From an uncultured delta proteobacterium (GTDB lineage: Bacteria > Desulfobacterota > Desulfobacteria > Desulfobacterales > Desulfosalsimonadaceae): DNA of 64,000 nt. Within the stretch, counting starts at the first letter, position 1, and each line of letters begins with the position of its first letter. Below the pieces are notes generated by a model, which worked only from the letters and a program-made list of their open reading frames with translations, had not been told where the DNA came from and made no database searches. The position numbers were made by a program, and so were the translations under genes. Below, piece after piece: positions 17,102 through 27,274 of this stretch. Location: NCBI GenBank assembly GCA_963826785.1, contig CAWGYD010000001.1, positions 256,001 to 320,000 on the forward strand, written 5' to 3'.

Positions 17102-19593
17102 CGGCTGCGTTGGTCGTCGGCTTGTGAAAATATTTGAATTTATACAGCGCCTCGACCCCGTGGCAATCCTTGCACACCCGGTCGGCCAGGTGGGGCCTCA
17201 GGAAACTGTTGACGGCATCGCCTTCTGCGGGAAGGGCTTGCGCCGGCCCTCCCGTGGAATTTGCGGTCCAGCGATGCGCATCGTGGCACGTCGGGCACGA
17301 AATATTGCCCGCCTTTACGTGTTTAGCCGTGTTCTTGTCAAATAAGGGGAACACGGGCGGCATCCGTTTGACCCGATGTCCACGGGTTGACCACGATGGT
17401 GTCGGGATGGGGGATACCTGGGGGACTTTTCTGGCTGCCGCACCCGTTTTGGAATGGCAGGAATTGCACATCCGGTCCATCATATTTTCCCCTTCCCCCA
17501 GGTCCCGGGCCCACAGCTTGATCCCCACCGTGCCGTTATGGACGAGGTGGCACGCACCGCATACCCCGGATTCAAATGGGGTTCTGCCGGCGGCATTCCT
17601 GGCCTCGGGCGCGGTTTCGATCAGGTTGTGATCCGTCTTCTGGACTTCGGCCTGATCCTTGTGGCAGCCGATGCACAAATCAGGCGGATGGGCTGATCCG
17701 GCGGCGCAGAAACCGGGTCACCGGCCGTCCGTCAACAGATACTAAATCGCCGTCTTTTCGGGTGACGGGAGACCCGCGATGGGGATCATGGCAGGTGTGG
17801 CAGGTCATGATCCCGTTTTCCAGCAGGCGGCCGTCTTCATCAAAGAGCGGCAGTCCCGTTTGGGCCATGCCTTCCGGAAGGCGGACATTGACCGGGTGCG
17901 AGTTTTTCTCAATGGCCATCTTGGGCGCAAGCCCGTCCTTTTCATGGCAGCCGGTACATCCGTCGTTTACGAGTTCGCCCGATGCCGTGGCCGTTTTTCG
18001 GCGCCAGATAAATCCGTCCGGCCCGGCGGCATGGATGCGGTGGCAATTCCGGCACAGGTCCGATTCGGAAACGTTTTGCCGCAAAATCGGGCTGCCCTCC
18101 GGAAAAACGCGGCCAAGGTCATGCCGGGTATTTTCGATAGCAAATTTTTCCGCATGGCACGTTTGGCAGATCTCCGGCGACGGCTTTCGCAGCAAAGGAT
18201 TTTTGGGGGCAGATTCCCCGTTTGCCGTCGCCGGGGGTGCCTGCTGGATTCCGGTGCCGCCGCCATGGGCGTCATGGCAGGTGGCGCAGGTCATTTTGCC
18301 CTGGGGGTCGACCACCCCGAGCGCATTGAACAGGGGCAGATCGATTACCTTTTTTTCCATGGCCACCGGGGGTTGCAGCCCGCCTCCGGTGCTGTCCGCC
18401 GGTTCAGGAAGGCCCATGCCCACCGGATGGGTGTAGCCGGCAAGATTTTTGTTTTCGGCAAACTTTCCCCTGGCGTGGCAGCTCAGGCACATGGCCGTGG
18501 TCCGATCGGCTCCGTCCGGGTTTTCATAGGGCGTTCGGGCCGCCTTGTGCGGCAGGTGGCAGGCGGAGCATGCGCCGGATTCTGCAACGGTTTTTCCTTC
18601 CAGGTTCTTTTGCGTCCTGGCCGAGAGCGCCAGGTTGTGGCGGGTCTTTTCCAGGCGCTGTTTGTCCGGATGGCAGGTCAGGCACAGACTTGATTTGAAA
18701 TTTTCTTCAATCAGCAGCGCCGCTTGTTTTTTAATCGGGTTGTTATGGATCTTATGGCAGGTCTGACAGGTCAGCATGCCTTCATATCCCAGTTTTGCCC
18801 CTTTTTTTTGCAGCGCATCCGGTATGACCGCTTTTCCGGGTTTGACGTTGATGACGTGGCCGGCGTTTCGCTTGCCTGAATCGGTGAACATGTTCTTGTC
18901 CGTGTGACACTCCAGGCAAAGGCCGCTGTCGCCGGCCCCCTTCACCAGGTACCCCTCGCTTTTCGCGCCATGGGCGGTATGGCAGGTTTCACAGATGACC
19001 TGATTTTTTTGACTCCCCTCGTGGGCGCCGCGCATCTTCAGGTTCTGCGGAATCTTTTTTTCGCTTTTGGAAAGGGAGTGATTGCCCGCATCCGTGCCGC
19101 CGTCTTTATCGGGGTGGCACTTTTTGCACATGGCCGAATCAATGTTCGACATGCGCAGAAAAATGGTTTCCTTCACCCCGGGCCCGCTCTCCACACCATG
19201 GGCGGTGTGGCAGGTGGCGCACTGAATTTTTCCGTTTTCATCCAGGGGAAAACCCTCCGGTATGATCATGCCCGCCGGCGGTTTCACCCCGGTTTTGTGC
19301 GCCTTGCCGTACATCACCCGGTCCCGGGAATCCACCACGCTGCCGTCATGGCAGGACATGCACATTTCCGGGTCCGCGGCCACCTTTTCCGACTGATATG
19401 GGACCAGGTCGGTTCCTCTTCCTTCCACAAAGAAGGTATCGATCCACCGGTAGTGGCATATGGCGCATCCTTTTGCCGAATTCGGGTTCTTGGGCGGCTC
19501 CACGGTGGCCGCAAACAGGCTGCCGGCCAGTATCTGAAACATGAATAGAAAATGGATATACAAGATGCGTCGGCGACGCCGGTTTCGTATCAT
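17076..19593 (-). CDS. Giant ~20-heme periplasmic cytochrome c (indel near 17686)
   Basis: 15 CXXCH in 17680-19593 plus 5 in 17076-17678. Removing one C restores SPSPDLCIGCH, as in the paralog. ATGA overlap with the upstream NHL gene. Confidence 0.9.
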
Positions 19594-20591
19594 TTGCCTG
19601 CTTCAATCCGGTAGACGCTGACTTTCTGCGCTGCCATTTCGACCACGTACAAGCGATTGTGATCGTCAATGTATATGCCCGTCGGCGTCTTGAATCGTTG
19701 AATCGCCTCACCGGCGCCATCTCCGAGAACACCCCGGAATTCCCCCCAGGTGTCGAATACCTGGATCACGCCCATGTAGCTGTCGCTCACGTAAATCCGG
19801 TTGGCCGTATCCACGGCAACACCCTTGGGCCGGAAGAATTGGCCTTTTTCAACGCCCCAGCCGCCGATGGCGGTGACAAACAGGCCGTCGGGATTGATCA
19901 CCTGCACGCGCGTGTTGATGACGTCGACGATGTAGACGTATTGTTCCTGGTTGAGGGCGATGAAAAAAGGATACCTGAACATCAGGTCCTGTTCTCCAGG
20001 CTCTCCCACGGTGTTGGTGAGTTTCAGGGTGGAAAGGTCGTAGACCAGAAAATGGTGGTGATCGTTGTCCACCACGTACAGCCGGTTTCGGGACTCATCG
20101 ACTGCGACATCGGTGGGGTCCGCCGGCCTGCCGTTTTTGGGGGAAAGCGTGATCATGGCGGTAAAAACATGATTCTTGTCAAAAATCTGCACCCGGTGGT
20201 TGCCCGAGTCGGCAATGTAGATGTTTCCGGCATTGTCCACGTCGATGCCGAGCGGATAGCGAAACTGCCCCTTGCCGTCTCCGGGTTCCCCAAAGGCGGT
20301 GAGCGCCTTTCCGTCAGGTTTGAATACCTTGATTTTGCTGTTTACGCCGTCGACGACATAGATTTTACCGTCCTTTGACACCGCCACATCGCTGGGTTCT
20401 TTAAAATCGCAGGTGATGGCAAACTCAAAATCGATATTGACGATCTCCACGGCCAATGCGGGTCGTGCCGGCACAGCAGCGAAAAACAGCAGTTGCAAAA
20501 CGACTGAAATGCCGAAGGTTAAAAAGCTCCGACCTTTTTTGATCCATGTCACCAGGTCGAATTGAAGGTGATGCGTATCGGTTTTCTGCAT
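19590..20591 (-). CDS. NHL-repeat beta-propeller protein (exported)
   Basis: Signal-like stretch ending ALA; blades such as FRYPLGIDVD..GNIYIADSGNHRVQIF. Confidence 0.9.
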   Translation of the reverse strand: MQKTDTHHLQFDLVTWIKKGRSFLTFGISVVLQLLFFAAVPARPALAVEIVNIDFEFAITCDFKEPSDVAVSKDGKIYVVDGVNSKIKVFKPDGKALTAFGEPGDGKGQFRYPLGIDVDNAGNIYIADSGNHRVQIFDKNHVFTAMITLSPKNGRPADPTDVAVDESRNRLYVVDNDHHHFLVYDLSTLKLTNTVGEPGEQDLMFRYPFFIALNQEQYVYIVDVINTRVQVINPDGLFVTAIGGWGVEKGQFFRPKGVAVDTANRIYVSDSYMGVIQVFDTWGEFRGVLGDGAGEAIQRFKTPTGIYIDDHNRLYVVEMAAQKVSVYRIEAGK

Positions 20592-20615
20592 GTTGATCCG
20601 GGGTGTAATTCTGAT

Positions 20616-21557
20616 TTAATCCACTGGTGAAAGCAGGTGCGGCAAGTAAAAGACCTTGTATTTGGTCACGAGCCCCTTGATGTTCAATGATTTGAGATCA
20701 TGGGCCCTTTTTTCTGAAAAGCCGAGCTGATGAAAATCGAGGATGCTGTCTTTTGAATGGCACTCCCCGCAGGTAACGCTGATTTCACTCTTGTGGATAT
20801 CCTGATGGAAGCCGCTCAATCGCTTTTTCTTTTCATCGGCGCTCAGCGTCTTTTCTTCTGCCGTGTATGCCTTTGCCTTATCGGTATCCCAGGTGTTTAC
20901 CAGTGATTTTCGCCTGCCGTTCTCATTTGAAAAAACACAGATGCGCGAAATGAAATGAGAAGATTTGGCGTCATTTCCGATTTTCGGGTTAAACCGCGCT
21001 CCAAAAGGCTCTCCCGCAAATTCGGCGGTTTCCGAGCTGGTCCAGTCATACTGAAGCGATTGAAATTTTTCCCTGTTGATGTGGCAGGTTTCACAGGTCA
21101 TAAACCCAATGTGCATGTTGATGAATGCCCTTGCCAGCTCATTGCTCTGGTGCGGGTACAGGCGGTGGCATTCCCGGCAGGAAGAGCCGTCCGCCAGTTG
21201 GGTGATATATGATTTTTCTTTATCATGGATCGTCTTTAAATCAAAATCGGCGATGCGCTTTTTGTCTTTTTCCGCCAGGTGGCACCCATTGGTGCAGTTG
21301 ACCGCTGTCTGCCCGGCATGGGGAACCTTTGTCACCGTCGTGTGGCATTTTACGCAGTCTGTCTTGCCGTGGGGCGACTGACGGTATCGGTTTTCATCAA
21401 TGTGGAACACCTTGAATCCCGCCGGATCCTCCGGCCGGACCAGCCCGGGGTACTGGTGGCAGGTGAGACATCCGCTTTCATCCATGGCAAAGCTGTTTTT
21501 GACACCGGGCATCAGCATCAGCATCGATATCAACGCAGTGAAAAGATATTTGGTCAT
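20616..21557 (-). CDS. Soluble hexaheme cytochrome c (octaheme-N/triheme hybrid)
   Basis: Signal peptide ending SFA; CLTCH, CVKCH, CTNGCH, CRECH, CETCH, CGECH; no C-terminal TM. Confidence 0.85.
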   Translation of the reverse strand: MTKYLFTALISMLMLMPGVKNSFAMDESGCLTCHQYPGLVRPEDPAGFKVFHIDENRYRQSPHGKTDCVKCHTTVTKVPHAGQTAVNCTNGCHLAEKDKKRIADFDLKTIHDKEKSYITQLADGSSCRECHRLYPHQSNELARAFINMHIGFMTCETCHINREKFQSLQYDWTSSETAEFAGEPFGARFNPKIGNDAKSSHFISRICVFSNENGRRKSLVNTWDTDKAKAYTAEEKTLSADEKKKRLSGFHQDIHKSEISVTCGECHSKDSILDFHQLGFSEKRAHDLKSLNIKGLVTKYKVFYLPHLLSPVD

Positions 21558-21580
21558 GTGAATTCCTTCATACCGGCAAA

Positions 21581-22432
21581 TCAGTCCTTGCTGAAATCGA
21601 GCACCGACGGCAGGTAGAACGTTTTGTACTTATCGATCATGCCGACAAATTCGCTCGAAACCAGGTGCTCCACCCGCCTTTCGGGGAACCCGAGCTTTTT
21701 GAAATCGAGATAACCGTTCTTCTGGTGGCAATCCGCGCAGAATACCGGTTTTTTGGAAAGCGGTCCGTGAAGCTTGGCTTTGGCTTCGGCCACCTGGTCA
21801 GATGTCAGGTCAGGCCGCATTTTCAGAAACTGCTGGGCCGCCTCCGTCTTGATCGGTGTAAATATCCGCGAAGGACCCTGTTTAGTGAACTTGATGGGAT
21901 AAATTTTGGCGGGGTATTTGCCGTATTCCCCTTTTACGGTATTTTCAATTTCTCCGGTCTTTCGGTCCACCCACAAAAAATCGATTTTCTCCTTCTGGGA
22001 TCCGTCCAACTCCGTCCCGGCGTTTTCATCCTGGCGGGCGTGGCATACGGCACAGGCGATAAAACCGGTGTGCAGGTTCAGCAGGGCGCGGACCTTTTTC
22101 TCCTTGCCGTGGGGATAAGTCCCGTGGCAAACCACGCAAATCGGCGGATTGGGCTCCTGGTGGTCCACATACTGGTCGATCATGTGGAAATGTTCCCGGG
22201 GTGTCGATTCGCTTTTATGGGTGACGAGCTTGAGCATATCCGCATCGCCATTGTATTTTGAAAGAACGACCGATGCATTCAAGCCAAAGCCGGGAAAATA
22301 GACGACACTGATCAGCCATAGCCCGAAGATAAAAAAGGGAAGGAGATAGACGACCTTCAGGAAAAACAGAAGAATGCCCCTGACCCTGTGAAAGGCGCTG
22401 CCCAAAAGAGAAGATCCTTTTTTTTCAATCAT
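21581..22432 (-). CDS. Membrane-anchored triheme cytochrome c (module 3)
   Basis: N-terminal TM; HFHM, CVVCH, LHTGFIACAVCH, CADCH; C-terminal KY.TFYLP. Confidence 0.85.
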   Translation of the reverse strand: MIEKKGSSLLGSAFHRVRGILLFFLKVVYLLPFFIFGLWLISVVYFPGFGLNASVVLSKYNGDADMLKLVTHKSESTPREHFHMIDQYVDHQEPNPPICVVCHGTYPHGKEKKVRALLNLHTGFIACAVCHARQDENAGTELDGSQKEKIDFLWVDRKTGEIENTVKGEYGKYPAKIYPIKFTKQGPSRIFTPIKTEAAQQFLKMRPDLTSDQVAEAKAKLHGPLSKKPVFCADCHQKNGYLDFKKLGFPERRVEHLVSSEFVGMIDKYKTFYLPSVLDFSKD

Positions 22433-23184
22433 TTTGTTTCCGATCCCTCCCGCAGGTAAATTTTCTGGAGCTCCGGGTCGCTCATGATTTTGTCATAATG
22501 AAGGCGGTACTCTTCTTTCATTTCTTCCTCATCGATGAGTCCGGTCAGCCACATGTTGTCAATGGGAAACTTGTGCGGCCGCAGGTGAATCTCATATAAA
22601 TGCCAGACCATCACCGCCAGGCAGGCCAGTATGGCTTCCATCCCGTGCACCAGGGAAGCGATGTCGACGAAAAATTTGTCCCAGGCGGATTCAGACCATA
22701 ACATCAGGCCGGTAACAGACATCAACGTGGTGCCGACAATCAGGGCCATGTATTCCGCTTTGTGCTTGTAGGAGAACCGGTCAAATGCCGGCGGCTGATC
22801 TTTAAACCCGATCAGGTACGCCATATTGTGTAAAAATTCTTTCATATCGCGCGGCCGGGGCATCATGTCCTTGAACCAGCGCCGTCCGGCCGGCTTGAAG
22901 ATCAGATAATAGATGTGGTAGGTGCTCACGATGATCATGAGGGTGCCGAAGACGCGGTGCACCACCCCCCGGGCAATAAAAACGGGCTCCTTTGCGCTTC
23001 CGAGAAAGTGAAACGCCTGCTCGGGGAGCCAGACCATGAAACCGGTGAAGGCCAGCATGAAAAAGCAGACCACAAATATCAGGTGCTGTACTTTTTCGCT
23101 GGAATTCAGCCGGACAAAATACCGGGAAACGCCGGAAGGCTTATTCTCCCATTGGATATCGCTGTGACTAATGTTGCGGGTCAT
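22429..23184 (-). CDS. Di-heme cytochrome b (FdnI/CbcB-like; module 3)
   Basis: 4 TM with conserved His: KVQH, VHR, YH, VHGMEA, WHLYEIH; FDRFSYKHKAEY loop. Confidence 0.9.
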   Translation of the reverse strand: MTRNISHSDIQWENKPSGVSRYFVRLNSSEKVQHLIFVVCFFMLAFTGFMVWLPEQAFHFLGSAKEPVFIARGVVHRVFGTLMIIVSTYHIYYLIFKPAGRRWFKDMMPRPRDMKEFLHNMAYLIGFKDQPPAFDRFSYKHKAEYMALIVGTTLMSVTGLMLWSESAWDKFFVDIASLVHGMEAILACLAVMVWHLYEIHLRPHKFPIDNMWLTGLIDEEEMKEEYRLHYDKIMSDPELQKIYLREGSETK

Positions 23185-24457
23185 GCATCGCCTCTTTTTT
23201 CATTTTCTTGCGGGCGCGCCGGAAATCCAGCAGCTGGTGGACAAACATGAAGCCGATCACCGCCGCAATGAGTATCTGGTATACCATTTTGATCATCGAC
23301 AGGACCTTGTAATGGAATACCTCTTTTTCTGAAATTTCCTTGCGGGCCCGAACCAGGATGAGCGGTTCCTCCGCAGCTTCCTCGACCTGTATCGCCTCCT
23401 GGCTGGCCATGAGCTGGACCTTGGTCCCGTAGGCATGGACCCGGCCTTCGGCGAAGTTTGCCGTCGCACCGGGATGACAGTTCTGGATGCCCCCCTGGTT
23501 GCTGCATGTTCTGACCCGGTTTTCTTTGTGGATGGGTGAAACAGTGTCGGTTCGGGGCTGGATCTCGTGAGTGGTGTACCCCACCGGTACATGGCAGGTG
23601 ATGCAGTCGGGCGCGTTTTTGACGTCGTATTTCACCAGCGCCCAGTGAAACGTGTCCTTGAAGGTCGATACCGCCTCAAGCCCATGCCGTTTCATCTTCT
23701 GCTCATCTTCGTGGCAGCTGGTGCATAAGCGTATGATTTCGTTCTGATCTCTTCGCCGTCGCATGCGATGGGTGAAATGGGCGTAAATGGTTTGGGTCCA
23801 TTCTTTATCCGTATGGCAGCCCTGGCAGCGGGCCAGCGTTTCCATGGACAATTCCTCGCTTTTGCCCCAGAACCCGGCATAGGGGTTATACGACCGGTTG
23901 CCGTGGCAATAGGTGCATGTGGGCCGGTCCTCGGGAAACTGCTTTTCGCCGTCTGCGCCTTGTCCGTGAACGCTGTGCTGATACTTTTCCACCATGTTCT
24001 TGTGGGAAAATTCCCGGTTGGAGGAGGGGTCCTTGATATGGCACTGGGTGGAGCAATCGACTTTTTTCACCTCTTCATGCGGGATTTTATCCAGATCCGT
24101 GTGACAGCTTTTGCATTTGAGCTTTCCGTGAACGGAATGGGCAAACAGCTGGTCATTGATGTAATAGACCCTTTTCGTCCCGTTTTCGTCATAGCGCCCC
24201 AGGCCGGGGTATCGATGGCAGATCAGGCAGTTCTCCTGATCCGAGGCCGCATCGGACTGGGTAAGACCCGGTGCGGCAAAGAAGATGACGATGACAGCCG
24301 ATAGCACCGCCATTTCAAAGATCCGGCGGGTCTTGAATCCTGCCGATTTCCTTTTGCTGCCTTGCCTCATAGAACCTGACTTTCGTTTTAAACCATTTGG
24401 GGGATGCATGATGTTGATTTCGCCGAACCTATTTTCCCGTAATACCGGCCGCCTCAT
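23168..24457 (-). CDS. Octaheme cytochrome c with C-terminal TM anchor (module 3; start uncertain, alternatives 24409 or 24370)
   Basis: CLICH, CKSCH, CSTQCH, CTYCH, CQGCH, CTSCH, CITCH, CSNQGGIQNCH; C-terminal hydrophobic helix. Confidence 0.85.
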   Translation of the reverse strand: MRRPVLRENRFGEINIMHPPNGLKRKSGSMRQGSKRKSAGFKTRRIFEMAVLSAVIVIFFAAPGLTQSDAASDQENCLICHRYPGLGRYDENGTKRVYYINDQLFAHSVHGKLKCKSCHTDLDKIPHEEVKKVDCSTQCHIKDPSSNREFSHKNMVEKYQHSVHGQGADGEKQFPEDRPTCTYCHGNRSYNPYAGFWGKSEELSMETLARCQGCHTDKEWTQTIYAHFTHRMRRRRDQNEIIRLCTSCHEDEQKMKRHGLEAVSTFKDTFHWALVKYDVKNAPDCITCHVPVGYTTHEIQPRTDTVSPIHKENRVRTCSNQGGIQNCHPGATANFAEGRVHAYGTKVQLMASQEAIQVEEAAEEPLILVRARKEISEKEVFHYKVLSMIKMVYQILIAAVIGFMFVHQLLDFRRARKKMKKEAMHDPQH

Positions 24458-25313
24458 CTTCGCTCATCCCGGGATGCAGCATCCGCGGGACGTGGAATTT
24501 GGTATAGTCCCTGATCATTCCGACAACTTCCGTGCTGACCAGCATATCGGTCCTTTTTTTGGAATAGCCCAGGGCTTCGAAGGGCAGCAGCGGGTCCTGT
24601 TTGCGGTGGCAGTCCTCACAGAGATACGGCTTTTCGTTGATGAATTTGTGAATGATCTTCTTGGCCTTGGACTTCTGGCGCTCGGACAGGGTTTTTTCCG
24701 TTTTCTGGTATTCTTTTGCAAATTCGATCCGGTCCGGGTTGTCCATCCGTTGGATTTTGCCATCGACCCGTTCAAAAGGGATGATTTTCGCGTGGTATCT
24801 TCCCGGGGCCACGCCTTCCTTGATGGGGCTTTCGATGATCTGACCGGTTTTTCGGTCGTACCATTTAAAGACGCCGGTTTTCTGGTCGCCCTCCAGCCGG
24901 ACATGGCATGTCTCGCAGGAGATGAAAGCCGAATGCATATTCCCGAAGGCCCGTATTTCCTTCTTTTCGTCATGGGGGATATCGCCGTGGCACTCCACGC
25001 AGGATGAACGGTTATCGGGGGCCATGTCATAATCGATGTGATGGAAATGACCCTTGATCTTCATCTCCTCCAGAACCCGGTACCCCAGGTAGTGCTTCAC
25101 CTTGTCATCGCTTTCCAGGATGATCTTTTTAAAGGACTGGGCCTCTTTTTTTTCTTCGAGCCGGGCCGTCAGTGAATCGGTCTGATCGAGCACTTCCCGC
25201 TCATGGTATTCTTCGAAAAGATGACCGAAAGTGATATTCCAGATCACGACCATGAAGAACACGGTCATGGCCATGAACGCCAGTATGTACACTTTGAATA
25301 AAAAATTTTTCAT
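24429..25313 (-). CDS. Membrane-anchored triheme cytochrome c (module 2)
   Basis: N-terminal TM; GHFHH, CVECH, MHSAFISCETCH, CEDCH. Confidence 0.85.
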   Translation of the reverse strand: MKNFLFKVYILAFMAMTVFFMVVIWNITFGHLFEEYHEREVLDQTDSLTARLEEKKEAQSFKKIILESDDKVKHYLGYRVLEEMKIKGHFHHIDYDMAPDNRSSCVECHGDIPHDEKKEIRAFGNMHSAFISCETCHVRLEGDQKTGVFKWYDRKTGQIIESPIKEGVAPGRYHAKIIPFERVDGKIQRMDNPDRIEFAKEYQKTEKTLSERQKSKAKKIIHKFINEKPYLCEDCHRKQDPLLPFEALGYSKKRTDMLVSTEVVGMIRDYTKFHVPRMLHPGMSEDEAAGITGK

Positions 25314-25328
25314 TAAATGCCCCTGTTT

Positions 25329-26150
25329 CTAATTTTCAAGGGGGGGTGCTGCAGGAGCCCCATGCGGAGGACGTATTTCATCTTCAAACCCCTCCCGTTT
25401 CATGACTTCGACATAGTATTCATAATGTTCTTCCACCATCAGCTCCTCGGAAAGGTACCCGGTCAGAAAGACGGTTCCCATGGGGAAGACGGACATTGAA
25501 AAATGGACGTTGTACCAGTGCCACAAAAACAGGAACAGGGCGGCCAGAAGCGCCTCGTCGCTGTGGGCGATCAGCGCAAAACTGATGACCTCGCCGGGCA
25601 GGATCTTCGTTGCCAGTTCCTGTCCCCACATGATGATGCCCGAAGACCCGATGATGACAATCCCCCAGAAGGGGGCCCAGTAATCGAATTTTTCCTTCCA
25701 GTTGAACTGGGTCCCCATGGGCCGCTGGTCGGTCAAAAACAACAGATATTTCAACAGGGCGAATATATCCCTGGCATCCTTCAGGCTGGGGATCAGCGGC
25801 TGCCGCAGAACGGCCTTGATCATCGAAACCGGACCCAGTTTCCCGCTTTTCTTCAAGGGCACAATCTCGCCGGTATAGAACACGTACGCCAGGTACCCGA
25901 TGTGATAGGTGAACAGAAGCAGCAGGGTGACCCCGGCAAACCGATGAATGATCGGCGCCAGGTGGATCCCGCCGAACAGGCTGTAGAGATGCGGCGCCCA
26001 GAAGGTATCATGAAACTTGAGCGGCATGCCGGTCAAAACGAGCGTGATCACACAAGAGGCCAGAATGATATGCTGCAGCCGTTGATTGACGGTAAACCGG
26101 AAAAAGTATTTCCTGCCGTCCTTGATTTTGATGACGTATTTCTTCTCCAC
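25329..26150 (-). CDS. Di-heme cytochrome b (module 2)
   Basis: RF...QRLQH, LTGMPLKF, IHR, FNWKEKFDYWA, AHSDEALLA, WHWYNVH. Confidence 0.9.
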   Translation of the reverse strand: MEKKYVIKIKDGRKYFFRFTVNQRLQHIILASCVITLVLTGMPLKFHDTFWAPHLYSLFGGIHLAPIIHRFAGVTLLLLFTYHIGYLAYVFYTGEIVPLKKSGKLGPVSMIKAVLRQPLIPSLKDARDIFALLKYLLFLTDQRPMGTQFNWKEKFDYWAPFWGIVIIGSSGIIMWGQELATKILPGEVISFALIAHSDEALLAALFLFLWHWYNVHFSMSVFPMGTVFLTGYLSEELMVEEHYEYYVEVMKREGFEDEIRPPHGAPAAPPLEN

Positions 26151-26153
26151 GGC

Positions 26154-27206
26154 CTATTCCTCCGATTTCTTTTTCCGGGAAAACAGTCTTCTGGCCAGGT
26201 CCAGAAACATGATTCCGGTCAGGGGCAGCAGGGTTCCGCCGGTCAGCATGAGAAAAAAAGCGGAAAAGTAGAATTCCGACGGACTCTTTTCTTTGTCCAG
26301 TTCCGGATGGACATCATACTCGGCCAGTTTCGGAGAGGCATTGGGATGGCAGTCCACCATCCTGCAGCTCTTGATCTTGTTTTGTTCATTGGTGATGGAG
26401 GCCGGGTTTTTATAGCTGAGCATCTGGTGGACCGATTCCCCGGTGTTGACGTGGCAGTTGAGGCAGTCCGGGATTCTTTCATCCAGGTAATTTGCGGCCT
26501 TGCCGTGAAAGGTCTTCTCATAGGAAGCCACCGCCTTGTTGGACAATTCATGCCGCGCGATGAGCTGGTCATCATCGTGGCACCGGGCGCAGACTTCGGC
26601 GATATTCTTGGGGCTTCGGATGGCGTGCAGCCGGGTCGTGATGTGGTTGTAGAACCGGAAAATGAATTCATCCTTTTTGTGGCATACCCGGCATCTTCCC
26701 AGGGCGATTTCTGAAATGCCCGGGCGCACCTTCTTGAAAAAGGAGAGCGGCCGGTACAGGGGATTGTCATGGCAATCCTTGCAGACCGGATAGTCCTCGG
26801 CATATTTTTTGGGCTTTCCATCCGCATCCACCTTGCTGTGAACACTTCTGGACAAAAATTTCGCCGCGTCCTCATGGGAAAATTTCTTTTCGCTGGTGGG
26901 TTCAATGATGTGGCACTGGGCCAGGCAGTCCACCTTTTTGACATCCTCATGGGGGATTTTCTTGATGTCCGCATGGCAGCCTTCACACTTGACGTTGGCA
27001 TGAACGCTGTTGTTGAAAACCTCTTCGTTGACAAAGAGCAGTTTCATGTCTCCATTTTCATCGATCCGGCTCAATCCCGGATACTTATGGCATAACAGAC
27101 AGTTGCCGACATCCGCCGCCTGCACGGGGCCGGACAGGAGCAAAACGGCCAGCAAAACGGCGGCCGCCATGCCGGCGGCATATTCAAGACGGTATTTTTC
27201 TATCAT
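26154..27206 (-). CDS. Octaheme cytochrome c with C-terminal TM anchor (module 2)
   Basis: Signal ending VQA; CLLCH, CEGCH, CLAQCH, CKDCH, CRVCH, CARCH, CLNCH, CRMVDCH; C-terminal TM. Confidence 0.9.
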   Translation of the reverse strand: MIEKYRLEYAAGMAAAVLLAVLLLSGPVQAADVGNCLLCHKYPGLSRIDENGDMKLLFVNEEVFNNSVHANVKCEGCHADIKKIPHEDVKKVDCLAQCHIIEPTSEKKFSHEDAAKFLSRSVHSKVDADGKPKKYAEDYPVCKDCHDNPLYRPLSFFKKVRPGISEIALGRCRVCHKKDEFIFRFYNHITTRLHAIRSPKNIAEVCARCHDDDQLIARHELSNKAVASYEKTFHGKAANYLDERIPDCLNCHVNTGESVHQMLSYKNPASITNEQNKIKSCRMVDCHPNASPKLAEYDVHPELDKEKSPSEFYFSAFFLMLTGGTLLPLTGIMFLDLARRLFSRKKKSEE

Positions 27207-27274
27207 TTTGAGAATCTGCTTGCCCTCCTCGTTTAGATGATCCGACCCATCGCGCCATGCGCTCCAAAAGCCTT

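Noticed and set aside
17680..17682. TGA as possible selenocysteine or read-through codon in the 20-heme cytochrome
   Set aside because: The continuation is in a different frame; a single extra base explains it.
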